From positions 1-12,827 of the forward strand of contig JBEQLE010000097.1 of NCBI GenBank assembly GCA_040326155.1: 12,827 bases of DNA, in the 5' to 3' direction. Both the position numbers and the translations under genes were made by a program. Position 1 is the stretch's first letter, and each line of letters starts with the position of its first letter. Source of the DNA: Leptospirales bacterium (lineage in GTDB: Bacteria; Spirochaetota; Leptospiria; Turneriellales; JAOUFE01). This document shows positions 1 through 8,537 of this stretch, in pieces. The notes under the pieces were generated by a model that had not been told where the DNA came from, searched no databases, and saw only the letters and a program-made list of their open reading frames with translations.

Positions 1-174
1 GTATTACAGTTGATTATTGACGACGGAGTTCCTTCGAGGGGACACCGAACTAATTTATATAACCCCGCTTTTAAAACTGTCGGAATAGGTGCTGGAAAAC
101 ATAAAGTGTATGGAATTATGTGCGTAATGGATTATGCCGGCGGGTTTATTGAGAAATCAAAAAAATCGAAATAA
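1..174 (+). CDS. C-terminal fragment of a CAP (SCP-like) domain protein, 5' truncated by the window
   Basis: Frame 1 reads [57 protein letters not shown] (stop 172-174). The DDG..SRGHR.N....F..VGIG...H......V.DYA pattern is typical of bacterial CAP domains. Not in the ORF track. Confidence 0.8.
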   Translation, partial: VLQLIIDDGVPSRGHRTNLYNPAFKTVGIGAGKHKVYGIMCVMDYAGGFIEKSKKSK

Positions 175-221
175 ATTTAGATAGATTTGTTATTAAATGT
201 TAGAAAACAGGAATAAAACAC

Positions 222-839
222 ATGGGTGACCCAAATGTTAAAGAACCACTAACCACTTTTGATAAAATATCCGTTACTTTATATCGTAGCGGTATTGTTT
301 TTTCAACGTTGAGTCTTGTGTACGCCGTCGCTTTTTTTTATCTCGGCGCACAAGCTACAGCGTCTTCCATTTTTAGCGGGGGCCTCCCTTTTGCCGTATT
401 CTGGTTGTTTATTATTTGCGTCGATGTTTCCGTCTCTTTTTTACACCTTTACAGTAAACAAGTTTTAAGAATTATTCAAGGTTGCGCCGCCATGGGTACA
501 ATAATTTTACTGACAGGTTTTCTTTTTTTCGGTTTTTCAACATCCTCCATTTTTTACTCAGAGGGCATAATTGGTAAAGTTGGACTTGCCGGGCTTGGTT
601 TTGTTGCAGCGGGTTTTGCCGGAATAGGGGCCAAAGAAGCTTTTTGTTTCAAGTTAAATGAAGGTTATGCTTACGGGATTCTAAGCGCTCTTTTGGTGAT
701 CGGTCACTTTTTTGGAATATACAGCCCGCAAATTGCTCTTGGTTTTTTAGCCGTAATTACCGTGCTGGTGGTTGTCTTCACGATACGTAAACTTTTTTTA
801 CCGCTTCATTATGATATTGGCGATAAAAGCAAATACTAA
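222..839 (+). CDS. DUF2301-family integral membrane protein
   Basis: 205 aa, multiple hydrophobic helices. Motifs VTLYRSG, LHLY, AKEAFCF and C-terminal PLHYDIGDKSKY. AGGA lies upstream of the ATG. Confidence 0.85.
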   Translation: MGDPNVKEPLTTFDKISVTLYRSGIVFSTLSLVYAVAFFYLGAQATASSIFSGGLPFAVFWLFIICVDVSVSFLHLYSKQVLRIIQGCAAMGTIILLTGFLFFGFSTSSIFYSEGIIGKVGLAGLGFVAAGFAGIGAKEAFCFKLNEGYAYGILSALLVIGHFFGIYSPQIALGFLAVITVLVVVFTIRKLFLPLHYDIGDKSKY

Positions 840-896
840 ATTATAATACAGAATATTCGATTTTCAACCTGTGCTGTTTCAAAAAATTGTCTGAAT

Positions 897-3089
897 ATGG
901 GTTTATTTGAGAAAAACAGAGAGTTCGTAAACGTGCGAAGAGAGGTCACTCACCAGTTAATACTTTTTTTACCTCTGTTTATACTTGTGACAGGATTGGC
1001 CAGGGCAATGGTTTTATATGTTTCCATGTCGCAGGAGCCTATACTTAGTGTTTCAGTGCTGTTTTCGCATTCCTCTTTTTTGATTTCAGAAGACATAGTT
1101 AGCTTTTTTGCCGTTTTTTCACTGATGCTTTTGGTATCTCTGTTGTCCGTATGGTTTTCGAATAAAATTGTACGCATACTACAATCGGTTATTATATTCT
1201 TTTTTGTAGCGATCACTTTTTTCGGAGTCCAGTATTATTTTAAATATGATGTCCCGTTTGATTGGACCCACACGCGAATTTTAGCCGGGTTTTCTGAACT
1301 TGCCGAATCTTTCAGAGCCGAAGTTGATCGGTACACCCTGGCTTCACTTGTTTTTAGTCTGGTGTTGTCCCTTGCCTGGTATTTTGTACTTACCTCGTGT
1401 CGTTATACATTGAACAGATTTTTCACAAAGATTGAGCCGTCCGGAACCCGAATTTCGTTTGTTTTTAAGGTTTTTGTAGCTGTTTCTTCTTTAGTATGTG
1501 CTATATACTTGAGTGGGACGCATTATATTAGTTCCGTAAACTTTGAAAAAGTGCGGGCAAAGGCATTTGTAGAAGACCCGCAACTTTTTGCTTTGCGAAA
1601 TTTTGACGCACAGTTTAATCAGGTGTACCGTCTTATCTTTTACCGGGCGCCCGTTGTGGAAGAAGGGAACGGGAACACTAATTCGTTAGCAGGTATAAAT
1701 ACAGACCAGGTTTATTTTACATCCGAAACATTTCGTTTTCATACTATTTCTCCGCACGATGTACCTAAAAAACGGTCAATTTCATTTAACGGTAAAAGAA
1801 AAAAGTACAACGTTGTTTTATATCTTCTCGAAGGGGTAACAAAAGAGTACCTGGAATTAACCGTAAATGGAAAGTTCGTAACCCCGCGACTTGCCGATAT
1901 TACCCGTGACTCGTTTCAGGCTGAAAATTATTATGCAAATAACCCGCTTTCGGTGGACTCTCTTTTTACCCTGTTAAGTTCCTTGTACTCACTACCGAAT
2001 GATCGCTGGGCGATTAGCGATTATCCCGATCTAAAAGTAGAGACACTGCCTGAAACTCTTCGGCAAAACGGATATACCACCGCTTATTTTCATACGGGAA
2101 ATCTTAATTATGCCAGACAAAAAAAATTCCTGAAAAGACGTTTTGACCTTGTCTCCGACCGTATTGATTTAGAGACTCCGCAATACCGAAAAACGATTAA
2201 CTGGGGAATTGATGATCGTGCTTTGTTGGAACCTGCCCTTACTTTTATGGATGAGGCTCACAAATCAAACACACCGTTTTTTGCAATGTTGGCGCCTGTT
2301 TCGCCGCATCACCCTTATGAAATTCCAGATAGATCTTTCGAAATTGTAAACCCTCGGCGTAAAACAAGTTACAAGGAAAAAGGGTTTGCCAATTATAGAA
2401 ATTCTCTGCATTATAGTGATTATGTATTTGGGCAATTTCTAGACCGGTTGCAAGAGCAGGGGCTGCTCGAAAATACGTTGGTTATTGTAATCGCCGACCA
2501 TGGGGAGGCTTTCGGGACCCACCGGGGTAACTACAATCACCCGTTTTTTCTTTACCAGGAGAATTTGAAAGTTCCTTTTATAATTTACAATCCCGATATT
2601 TTTAAAGGGGGAGTTGTCTTTAACTTGAACTCTTCTCATGTAGATTTTGCTCCGACTCTTTTGGATATGCTTAATATTGACCCTCCGGGGCATGTCCAGG
2701 GCAGGTCTCTGTTCTCAAAAACCGGAACCGATATGCTGTTTTTTCACACCTATTGGAAAAACGATTACGACTCTTTACTCGATGGTAATTATAAATATAT
2801 CTATAACTATACCAGAAACAGCGGGGAACTTTTTAACCTTGCAAATGACCCTGATGAGAAAAATAATCTAGCTTATACCGACCCGGGGCTTTCTGAAATC
2901 TATCGTCACATTTTACTGGGCCAGAGACAATATAGAGAAGATGTCTATTTGACCCTCACCGGCGAAGAAATTCTACGCAGAAAAAACTTTATTATCGAGC
3001 ATGAAAAAGAGTCTCAGAAATCGGCCAAAGCAGATGATAATATGACGCCAGATGAAGCTGCTACAGCTTCTCTGAAAAATGCCCACTAA
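897..3089 (+). CDS. Membrane-anchored LTA-synthase/sulfatase-like (alkaline phosphatase superfamily) protein
   Basis: 730 aa. About 5 N-terminal TM segments, then NVVLYLLEG, SPHHPY, YRNSLHYSD, IADHGEAF, SHVDFAPTLL and ELFNLANDPDEKNNL. No CxPxR formylglycine motif. Confidence 0.85.
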   Translation: MGLFEKNREFVNVRREVTHQLILFLPLFILVTGLARAMVLYVSMSQEPILSVSVLFSHSSFLISEDIVSFFAVFSLMLLVSLLSVWFSNKIVRILQSVIIFFFVAITFFGVQYYFKYDVPFDWTHTRILAGFSELAESFRAEVDRYTLASLVFSLVLSLAWYFVLTSCRYTLNRFFTKIEPSGTRISFVFKVFVAVSSLVCAIYLSGTHYISSVNFEKVRAKAFVEDPQLFALRNFDAQFNQVYRLIFYRAPVVEEGNGNTNSLAGINTDQVYFTSETFRFHTISPHDVPKKRSISFNGKRKKYNVVLYLLEGVTKEYLELTVNGKFVTPRLADITRDSFQAENYYANNPLSVDSLFTLLSSLYSLPNDRWAISDYPDLKVETLPETLRQNGYTTAYFHTGNLNYARQKKFLKRRFDLVSDRIDLETPQYRKTINWGIDDRALLEPALTFMDEAHKSNTPFFAMLAPVSPHHPYEIPDRSFEIVNPRRKTSYKEKGFANYRNSLHYSDYVFGQFLDRLQEQGLLENTLVIVIADHGEAFGTHRGNYNHPFFLYQENLKVPFIIYNPDIFKGGVVFNLNSSHVDFAPTLLDMLNIDPPGHVQGRSLFSKTGTDMLFFHTYWKNDYDSLLDGNYKYIYNYTRNSGELFNLANDPDEKNNLAYTDPGLSEIYRHILLGQRQYREDVYLTLTGEEILRRKNFIIEHEKESQKSAKADDNMTPDEAATASLKNAH

Positions 3090-3142
3090 AAAACCGTCTC
3101 CCCCTTCTTGCTTTTCTTGTAATTTATATCTAAAAAAAATTC

Positions 3143-3162
3143 TGGTGTGTAATTTCAGACCA
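3143..3162 (-). repeat. Dispersed intergenic 20-bp imperfect palindrome, copy R1
   Basis: Minus strand TGGTCTGAAATTACACACCA(G), between convergent genes, 10 nt past the GDPD stop. Confidence 0.9.
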
Positions 3163-3172
3163 ATTGGCGAAT

Positions 3173-4054
3173 TTAATATCCTGGAAATAGAATATCGGTA
3201 TAAATACCACCGTAGCGATATTTAAGGATATTTTGCCTGACTTCTACTTCATTTATTGTATGAACAAAATAAGGGATATTTCGATTTTGTAACATTTGAA
3301 TCAGCTCTGGTTCATTTTCGTATAATTCGAGTGGCATGGCAACCCCGTAAATGTCGCGGGTCTGCTCAATTTGTAGAATTAATTCTTCAACCGTATTCGG
3401 GTTGTTATATAATGAAAAAATATATTTTTGAAACCCCAGCTCTTTTATAAAGTCAAAATCTTCCGGGGTAAAAACTTCAGGGATAATTCGTTGAAACAGT
3501 TTGGTCTGGTTTAACCGGTTGATCTCTTTAGCCAGGTAATTTAACCCTTCACGGTTACTGGATTTTATATCGGTAATAATATAAGCGTCGGGGTGAAAAA
3601 TTAACCAGTGGATAATATCGTGAAAAGAGAGCGGCGTTAGTTTCTCCACCATTTTCAGCTTTGAAAACTCTTCTCTTTTTGGAATTTTTATATCAGCGCC
3701 GGGAAAAAGAGTTGTGAAAATATTGTGCCAGTCATGGACCGCTACAAGGTGTCCATCTGAACTCCAGTTACCATCGATTTCAAAGCATCGAAAATCGAAT
3801 CTGTAATTTTTATTGAGAGCTTCCAGAGAGTTAGAGTAAACAATCCCATTGACCTCGCCCCCTGCATGGGCAATATGCCTGCATGGAAAGGAGGGTTGTT
3901 CTATTTCATATGTATACGACTCTTCTTCTTGTGGGGACAGTTGAGCTTGATCAGGTGTATATAAAATTACGTATAAAAGAAGAATACCGAAAACAGCAAA
4001 GGGCAGGGCGTTCCATATATGAGTTTGTATTTTGTTGGTTTGATTCCTTTTCAT
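3173..4054 (-). CDS. Glycerophosphodiester phosphodiesterase (GDPD)-like protein with N-terminal membrane anchor
   Basis: 293 aa. IAHAGG...YSNSLEAL, FEID...SDGHLVAVHD, IITDIK, FVHTIN and GIYTD motifs; hydrophobic segment at about aa 17-32. Confidence 0.85.
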   Translation of the reverse strand: MKRNQTNKIQTHIWNALPFAVFGILLLYVILYTPDQAQLSPQEEESYTYEIEQPSFPCRHIAHAGGEVNGIVYSNSLEALNKNYRFDFRCFEIDGNWSSDGHLVAVHDWHNIFTTLFPGADIKIPKREEFSKLKMVEKLTPLSFHDIIHWLIFHPDAYIITDIKSSNREGLNYLAKEINRLNQTKLFQRIIPEVFTPEDFDFIKELGFQKYIFSLYNNPNTVEELILQIEQTRDIYGVAMPLELYENEPELIQMLQNRNIPYFVHTINEVEVRQNILKYRYGGIYTDILFPGY

Positions 4055-4147
4055 AAGCGGATATATTCACCTGAATAAGGGACTTTGTCACGCAGTTGCT
4101 ACGCTTATGCTGCATTTACTTCATTTATTCGCAGCAGAGTTTTCAAT

Positions 4148-4672
4148 TTATTTAGCACACTCTTTCTTGAATCGTTTTATGTCGAATTTCGATTTATTTA
4201 AAATGGAATCTCGTTCTTTTTTTTTGAATACCCTGGTTGTGGGGGAGATTTTTATATATGCACTTTCTCCGGCATCATAACCGTATTCAGACTCTCCGGA
4301 TATATTAGGGCAAATAAATACTGTTTCTCCGGGCTGGACATTAAATGAGGTTTCAACCTGGGTCGATAAGTAATAAACCTGGCCTATTACAAATACCGCT
4401 TTTACCTCTATTTTATGTTCACCTGATGTTGTATAAAACAAATAAGGTTTTGTTGAACTATTTAACTTTCTTTTGACCTGTCCATCGAGACTTTTAAGAA
4501 GTAAACGCGGGTCAAGAGCGACCAGCGCCAGTTGGTCCTTGGGGATTTTTCGATTGGCATTCATAATGGGAATCGCACCACAGGAGTATGTTAATGTAAT
4601 TGCAAATAATACTAAAAGTATTGGCCTGGAAAAAAGTTTATTAAGTCGTTGATTATTTTTCGATGATATCAT
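4148..4672 (-). CDS. Putative lipoprotein of unknown function
   Basis: ORF track start is 4708 (GTG); ATG at 4672 (MISSKNN) is more likely. Basic N-region, hydrophobic stretch and LTYSC lipobox-like site, then a beta-rich domain (SGEHKIEV, FNVQPGETVFI). Confidence 0.65.
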   Translation of the reverse strand: MISSKNNQRLNKLFSRPILLVLFAITLTYSCGAIPIMNANRKIPKDQLALVALDPRLLLKSLDGQVKRKLNSSTKPYLFYTTSGEHKIEVKAVFVIGQVYYLSTQVETSFNVQPGETVFICPNISGESEYGYDAGESAYIKISPTTRVFKKKERDSILNKSKFDIKRFKKECAK

Positions 4673-4722
4673 TGTCAATAGTGAAGATTGTAGATACGGC
4701 TGCAACACTTTTTGAACTTATC

Positions 4723-4756
4723 TGTTAGCAAACTTGTTAGCAAACCTTGCTAACAA
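4723..4756. promoter_or_regulatory. Perfect inverted repeat plus tandem half-site, candidate operator or hairpin
   Basis: TTGTTAGCAA-acc-TTGCTAACAA (4734-4756, 10-bp arms). TGTTAGCAAAC is directly repeated at 4723-4733 and 4735-4745. Lies between the MarR stop and the lipoprotein start. Confidence 0.5.
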
Positions 4757-4765
4757 TGTTACTTG

Positions 4766-5209
4766 TTATTTTTCTTTTTCTTTGTAATCAATTACATTTG
4801 CGGCTATTTTTTTCAATAATTTGATGGTTGTTTTTTTCTCTTTTTCGGTAAAGCCCGCCATAACTAATGCAGACAAGTCAGCGGAGGTCTTTTCTAAGAT
4901 GTTTTCTATACTTTTGAGTTTTTTGGTTTTCGATATAATATGTATTCGGCGGTCCTCAGGGGAAATTTTCTTTTGAATATAACCTAAATCTACCAATTGT
5001 TTAATAATCTTAGATGTTGTTCCTTTGTCAACAAATAGTAATTGGGAAATTTCTTCCTGGTTCAAACTGTCTCTGTGCATCAACGTCATTAACAGGGGAA
5101 GATGTCCCGGGTTTATGTCATATTTTATACGTTTTTTTCCAACGTACACCAAAGCATATCGGTGAAGAATGGATATCCACTTGCCGATAGATTCATTTTG
5201 AAGGTTCAT
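4766..5209 (-). CDS. MarR-family transcriptional regulator
   Basis: About 147 aa from ATG 5209 (GTG 5218 alternative). LNQEEISQLLFVDKGTTSKIIKQLVDLGYI HTH and SPEDRR wing motif. Confidence 0.9.
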   Translation of the reverse strand: MNLQNESIGKWISILHRYALVYVGKKRIKYDINPGHLPLLMTLMHRDSLNQEEISQLLFVDKGTTSKIIKQLVDLGYIQKKISPEDRRIHIISKTKKLKSIENILEKTSADLSALVMAGFTEKEKKTTIKLLKKIAANVIDYKEKEK

Positions 5210-5394
5210 AATCCACACGTACCCTGTTTTACTTACTTTTTTCGTGGTATCAGGGTCCGCTGATTTTCCTCTTTCCCCTGCCTGCGACCAGCTGGTTTTC
5301 CGTCACCCCATACGATATCAGATTCTGTAAAAATTAGTTGACGTCTGAACGAAGTGTCGTATAAACGTTGTACTCCACTTTCGGAGGTACTCTT

Positions 5395-5430
5395 ATGATC
5401 TGTCATAACAATACCGCAAGGTTCCTTTAG
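5395..5430 (+). CDS. Putative leader peptide MICHNNTARFL upstream of rtcB
   Basis: GGAGGT (5383-5388), 6-nt spacer, ATG at 5395, 11 codons, TAG at 5428-5430. Confidence 0.45.
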   Translation: MICHNNTARFL

Positions 5431-5453
5431 AGCGAACACTCTTCGCTCCTTTT
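5430..5453 (+). terminator. Terminator/attenuator-like hairpin in the rtcB leader
   Basis: GAGCGAA-cactc-TTCGCTC, a perfect 7-bp stem, followed by CTTTT. It starts on the G of the uORF stop codon. Confidence 0.45.
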
Positions 5454-5556
5454 AACTATAACGCCACTGGCGTGTTTTTACAACAACCCTGAATTGAAAA
5501 TTATTCGGGAGATCCTGTTAATTTAAGAGATTAACTTGAATATTAATTAAAAATTT

Positions 5557-6666
5557 ATGGAAAAAAGTTACAGAATAATTGCGTCCTCAGAAAATCGGGT
5601 GGAAGAGGAAGCGAAATGTCAAATGGAAAAAGCTGCAAATTTACCCGGTGTAGTTTGCGCAGTTGGTATGCCCGACATTCATCCCGGTAAAGGGGGGCCC
5701 GTAGGCGTTTCGGTTATGACTCGTGATGTTATCTACCCGTATTTAATTGGCGGCGATATCGGTTGCGGCATGAGGCTGAGCCAGGTGGCCCGGCATCAAA
5801 AGAAATTGAAAATAGAGCAGTGGAAAAAGCGCCTGTTAAAACCTGTTGAATATGACATCGATTTGGAGAAAGAGTTCATTCGAAATGGTTTAGAAAGAAC
5901 AAAGTATGACGAACAGCTCGGAACAATAGGGTCGGGAAACCACTTTGCTGAGTTTTTAACGGTTGAGAAAGTTTTTGACTCGAAAAAATTTAACGAATCA
6001 GGATTAAACAAAGATTCCGTTTACTTGTTAATACACTCCGGCTCGCGACGTTTTGGTAATGACATCTTGCGAGAGTACGTTGACGCAAGAAAAGACGGGG
6101 GTTGTCGGCCAGGTGAAGATGCATATGAAAAATACATAGACTCTCACCACAAGGCTTTGCTGTGGGCTAAGTTGAACCGGGAATTGATTGCAAAACGGTT
6201 GCTTCAAAAGTTAGGCACAACCGATGCTACAATTTTAGACATCGCGCATAACTATATCGAGAGTATGGAGCATGAAGATGGCGGAACAACTTTTGTACAC
6301 AGAAAAGGAGCGATTTCAGCAGAATCTGATCTTGTGGTAATACCCGGTTCGCGTGGCACCCCGAGTTACCTTGTAGAACCTTTGAAAAATGAGGCCGCTC
6401 ATGGTTATTCTCTGGCTCATGGAGCGGGTAGAAAATGGAACAGAATAAAATCGCGTCAGATGAGTCGAATAAAATATAAAGACAAGGATATTCGAAATAT
6501 GAAAGGGCATTCAGCCTTGCTCACGAATGACCGAAATGTAATGCTGGAAGAGGCACCCGAGGCCTATAAAAACATTAAAACGATTATTGCAGACCTTGAA
6601 CAAGAGCGACTAATCCGGGTGGTATCTTGTTTTACTCCCCGCATAACGTATAAGGCGGAACTTTAA
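5557..6666 (+). CDS. rtcB: RNA ligase RtcB, PrfH-associated short form (RtcB2)
   Basis: 369 aa. [52 protein letters not shown] and EEAPEAYK catalytic motifs; directly followed by prfH. Confidence 0.95.
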   Translation: MEKSYRIIASSENRVEEEAKCQMEKAANLPGVVCAVGMPDIHPGKGGPVGVSVMTRDVIYPYLIGGDIGCGMRLSQVARHQKKLKIEQWKKRLLKPVEYDIDLEKEFIRNGLERTKYDEQLGTIGSGNHFAEFLTVEKVFDSKKFNESGLNKDSVYLLIHSGSRRFGNDILREYVDARKDGGCRPGEDAYEKYIDSHHKALLWAKLNRELIAKRLLQKLGTTDATILDIAHNYIESMEHEDGGTTFVHRKGAISAESDLVVIPGSRGTPSYLVEPLKNEAAHGYSLAHGAGRKWNRIKSRQMSRIKYKDKDIRNMKGHSALLTNDRNVMLEEAPEAYKNIKTIIADLEQERLIRVVSCFTPRITYKAEL

Positions 6667-6667
6667 A

Positions 6668-7429
6668 ATGGTAAACAAGATGAAAAAGAGAAACAAATTG
6701 TGGGTTCAAGTCACTTCAGGGCGGGGGCCGCAAGAGTGCAGGTGGGTTTGCCGGAAAGTGGCGCAGCAAATGATGAAAGAAGCTGTTCGTTTGAATATAG
6801 AGTGTAACATCGCCGAGCAAGAACTGCCTACACCGTCCATGCAAAAAACGTCTCGAAGCGCTTCAGGGCCGTTGGCTGCTTCTGTGTTGATGGTGTTTGA
6901 CGATACAGAAACTTGCCTGAGCTTTTTAGAAAAATGGCGAGGAACAATTTTGTGGACCGGGCAGAGCCCTTTTCGAAAAAAATGCAAACGGAAAAACTGG
7001 TTTGCAGGAGTTGATTATTTTCGCGACAAGAGCGCCGGTATGAGCGACACCGGGCCAAAACCTAATTTTCAGCAAACCGGCGAACGCACAACCAAAGTAA
7101 CCCGTGGTGAAGTGCAATTTGAGGTCATGCGCGCCGGTGGCCCCGGAGGGCAACATGTGAATAAAACGGAATCAGCAGTAAGGGCGACTCATATAGACAC
7201 AGGTATTGTAGTGATCGCCAGGGATGAAAGATCGCAAAACGCAAACAAACAGAAAGCTTTAGAACGGCTTGCTGTTTTGCTTCAAGAAAAAAGTGACAAG
7301 GAGTTAGTAGATTTTAAAGCAAAAAAATGGGGTTCGCATAATGAACTTGAACGGGGAAATCCGGTGCGGGTATTTACGGGAAAAGACTTTAAAGAAGTTC
7401 AACAGGGCGGAACAAATGAAAGTGGGTGA
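6668..7429 (+). CDS. prfH: Peptide chain release factor H
   Basis: 253 aa. [20 protein letters not shown]...[31 protein letters not shown] and LERGNPVR motifs; starts 1 nt after the rtcB stop. Confidence 0.93.
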   Translation: MVNKMKKRNKLWVQVTSGRGPQECRWVCRKVAQQMMKEAVRLNIECNIAEQELPTPSMQKTSRSASGPLAASVLMVFDDTETCLSFLEKWRGTILWTGQSPFRKKCKRKNWFAGVDYFRDKSAGMSDTGPKPNFQQTGERTTKVTRGEVQFEVMRAGGPGGQHVNKTESAVRATHIDTGIVVIARDERSQNANKQKALERLAVLLQEKSDKELVDFKAKKWGSHNELERGNPVRVFTGKDFKEVQQGGTNESG

Positions 7430-7444
7430 AGTTTCCTCATTCGT

Positions 7445-8278
7445 TTATCGAGTTTCAGTCGGGATTCTTTTTAATATAATAACGGGAATTTCCGGTGGGG
7501 AGTTAAACCGTACGGGTAGTATGGAGGTGCCGATTCCTCTGCCGATAAAAATATCTTCCCCTTGAGCAGATTTACGAAAACCGCGATCATAAGACTTATT
7601 GTTTAGCGGCAAAATCGGAGCGTAATTAAAAAACGGGATTGCCACCTGGCCTCCATGTGTATGTCCGCAAAGGAACAGATCGACGTGGTTTACTCGCGGC
7701 AGATCAATTGTATCGGGGTTATGTGCAAGGACAATGCGAAAAAGGTTTTCAGGGGTTCCCCTCAGGGCTTTGTCAATGCCGGGACTGTCTTCATAAAAAT
7801 CCCCCGCCCCTGCGACGACTATGGATTGTTTGTTATGGGTAATTACCCTGTGTTGGTGGCGAACGGATAGCCCGCTTTCTTTGAGCAGCTTAAGTGAGCT
7901 CTCGTGGTCGGCCCAATGATCGTGGTTTCCGTTTATCATAAGGACACCATCTTTCGCCTTGAGGTTTTGCATGTGGCGCCAGGCAACGATCAACTCTTTG
8001 ACGTTCTTATGGCCTTTTACATAGTCGCCCAGACCGACAATAAGGTCTACGTCCAGAGAATTTGTTTTATTGATAATGCGTTTCAAAAAATATTCGGTGA
8101 GATAAGATGTATAGTGGACATCGGAAATAATTGCAATTTTATACCCATCAAACTCGGGCGGTATTTTTTCAGACTCGATGGTATAATAATTTACATTAAG
8201 TAGAAACGGCTCTACAAAAAGAGTGTAAGTGGCCCCCGCAACGCCAAGTGATAAAATAATGGTACGCATAGAAAACAT
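7445..8278 (-). CDS. Calcineurin-like metallophosphoesterase (YkuE/YaeI-like)
   Basis: ISDVH, GDYV, GNHD, LAHNPD, GHTHGGQ and GIGTS..PVRFNSPPEI motifs. The track's GTG at 8344 lies inside repeat R2, so ATG 8278 (or 8269) ahead of the hydrophobic anchor is the likelier start. Confidence 0.88.
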   Translation of the reverse strand: MFSMRTIILSLGVAGATYTLFVEPFLLNVNYYTIESEKIPPEFDGYKIAIISDVHYTSYLTEYFLKRIINKTNSLDVDLIVGLGDYVKGHKNVKELIVAWRHMQNLKAKDGVLMINGNHDHWADHESSLKLLKESGLSVRHQHRVITHNKQSIVVAGAGDFYEDSPGIDKALRGTPENLFRIVLAHNPDTIDLPRVNHVDLFLCGHTHGGQVAIPFFNYAPILPLNNKSYDRGFRKSAQGEDIFIGRGIGTSILPVRFNSPPEIPVIILKRIPTETR

Positions 8279-8326
8279 CGGGGTAATGTAAATGCCGGTT
8301 CTCAATCGTACAGTAATATTCTGTTT

Positions 8327-8346
8327 TGGTCTGAAATTCCCCACCA
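8327..8346 (+). repeat. Dispersed intergenic 20-bp imperfect palindrome, copy R2
   Basis: TGGTCTGAAATTCCCCACCA(G), between divergent genes; identical to R5. Confidence 0.9.
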
Positions 8347-8537
8347 GCGCAGATCATACGTATGCTGACTAAAGTGGTAAATATTTTATAGTTCGCAAAA
8401 ATCGTTTCTGTTCTGTAATTTTTGAATGGATTTGTTTCGATTGTTAATTTCCGTGGTCAAAAAGAATTGTTTTTATAATATGGAAGTTATAGGCATAGGT
8501 AGCTGTTTAACATTGCAATGAAATAACGGAAGAAATT

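Noticed and set aside
4108..4136. TGCTGC...GCAGCA inverted repeat after the lipoprotein gene
   Set aside because: Only a 6-bp stem with a 17-nt loop and no U tail; too weak to call.
5338..5365. Sigma70-like promoter TTGACG-N16-TATAAA for rtcB
   Set aside because: Short spacer and the -10 lacks the final T. An alternative TACGAT at 5311 has no -35. Cannot be assigned from sequence alone.
5402..5423. 16S rRNA mimicry in the rtcB leader (GTCATAACAA versus decoding-site GTCGTAACAA; CCGCAAGGTT versus helix 27)
   Set aside because: The matches are only 9-10 nt and GCAA tetraloops are common; indistinguishable from chance without conservation data.
5233..5439. 68-aa minus-strand ORF in the marR-rtcB gap
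   Set aside because: No recognisable motif, and it is antisense to the structured rtcB leader; probably spurious.
7484..7504. GGGAATTTCCGGTGGGG as a degenerate repeat copy
   Set aside because: It lies in the conserved SPPEIP coding motif and the elements are in the wrong order.
8279..8344. N-terminal extension MGNFRPKQ... of the metallophosphoesterase
   Set aside because: The GTG start is created by repeat R2; ATG 8278/8269 gives a normal anchor-first protein.
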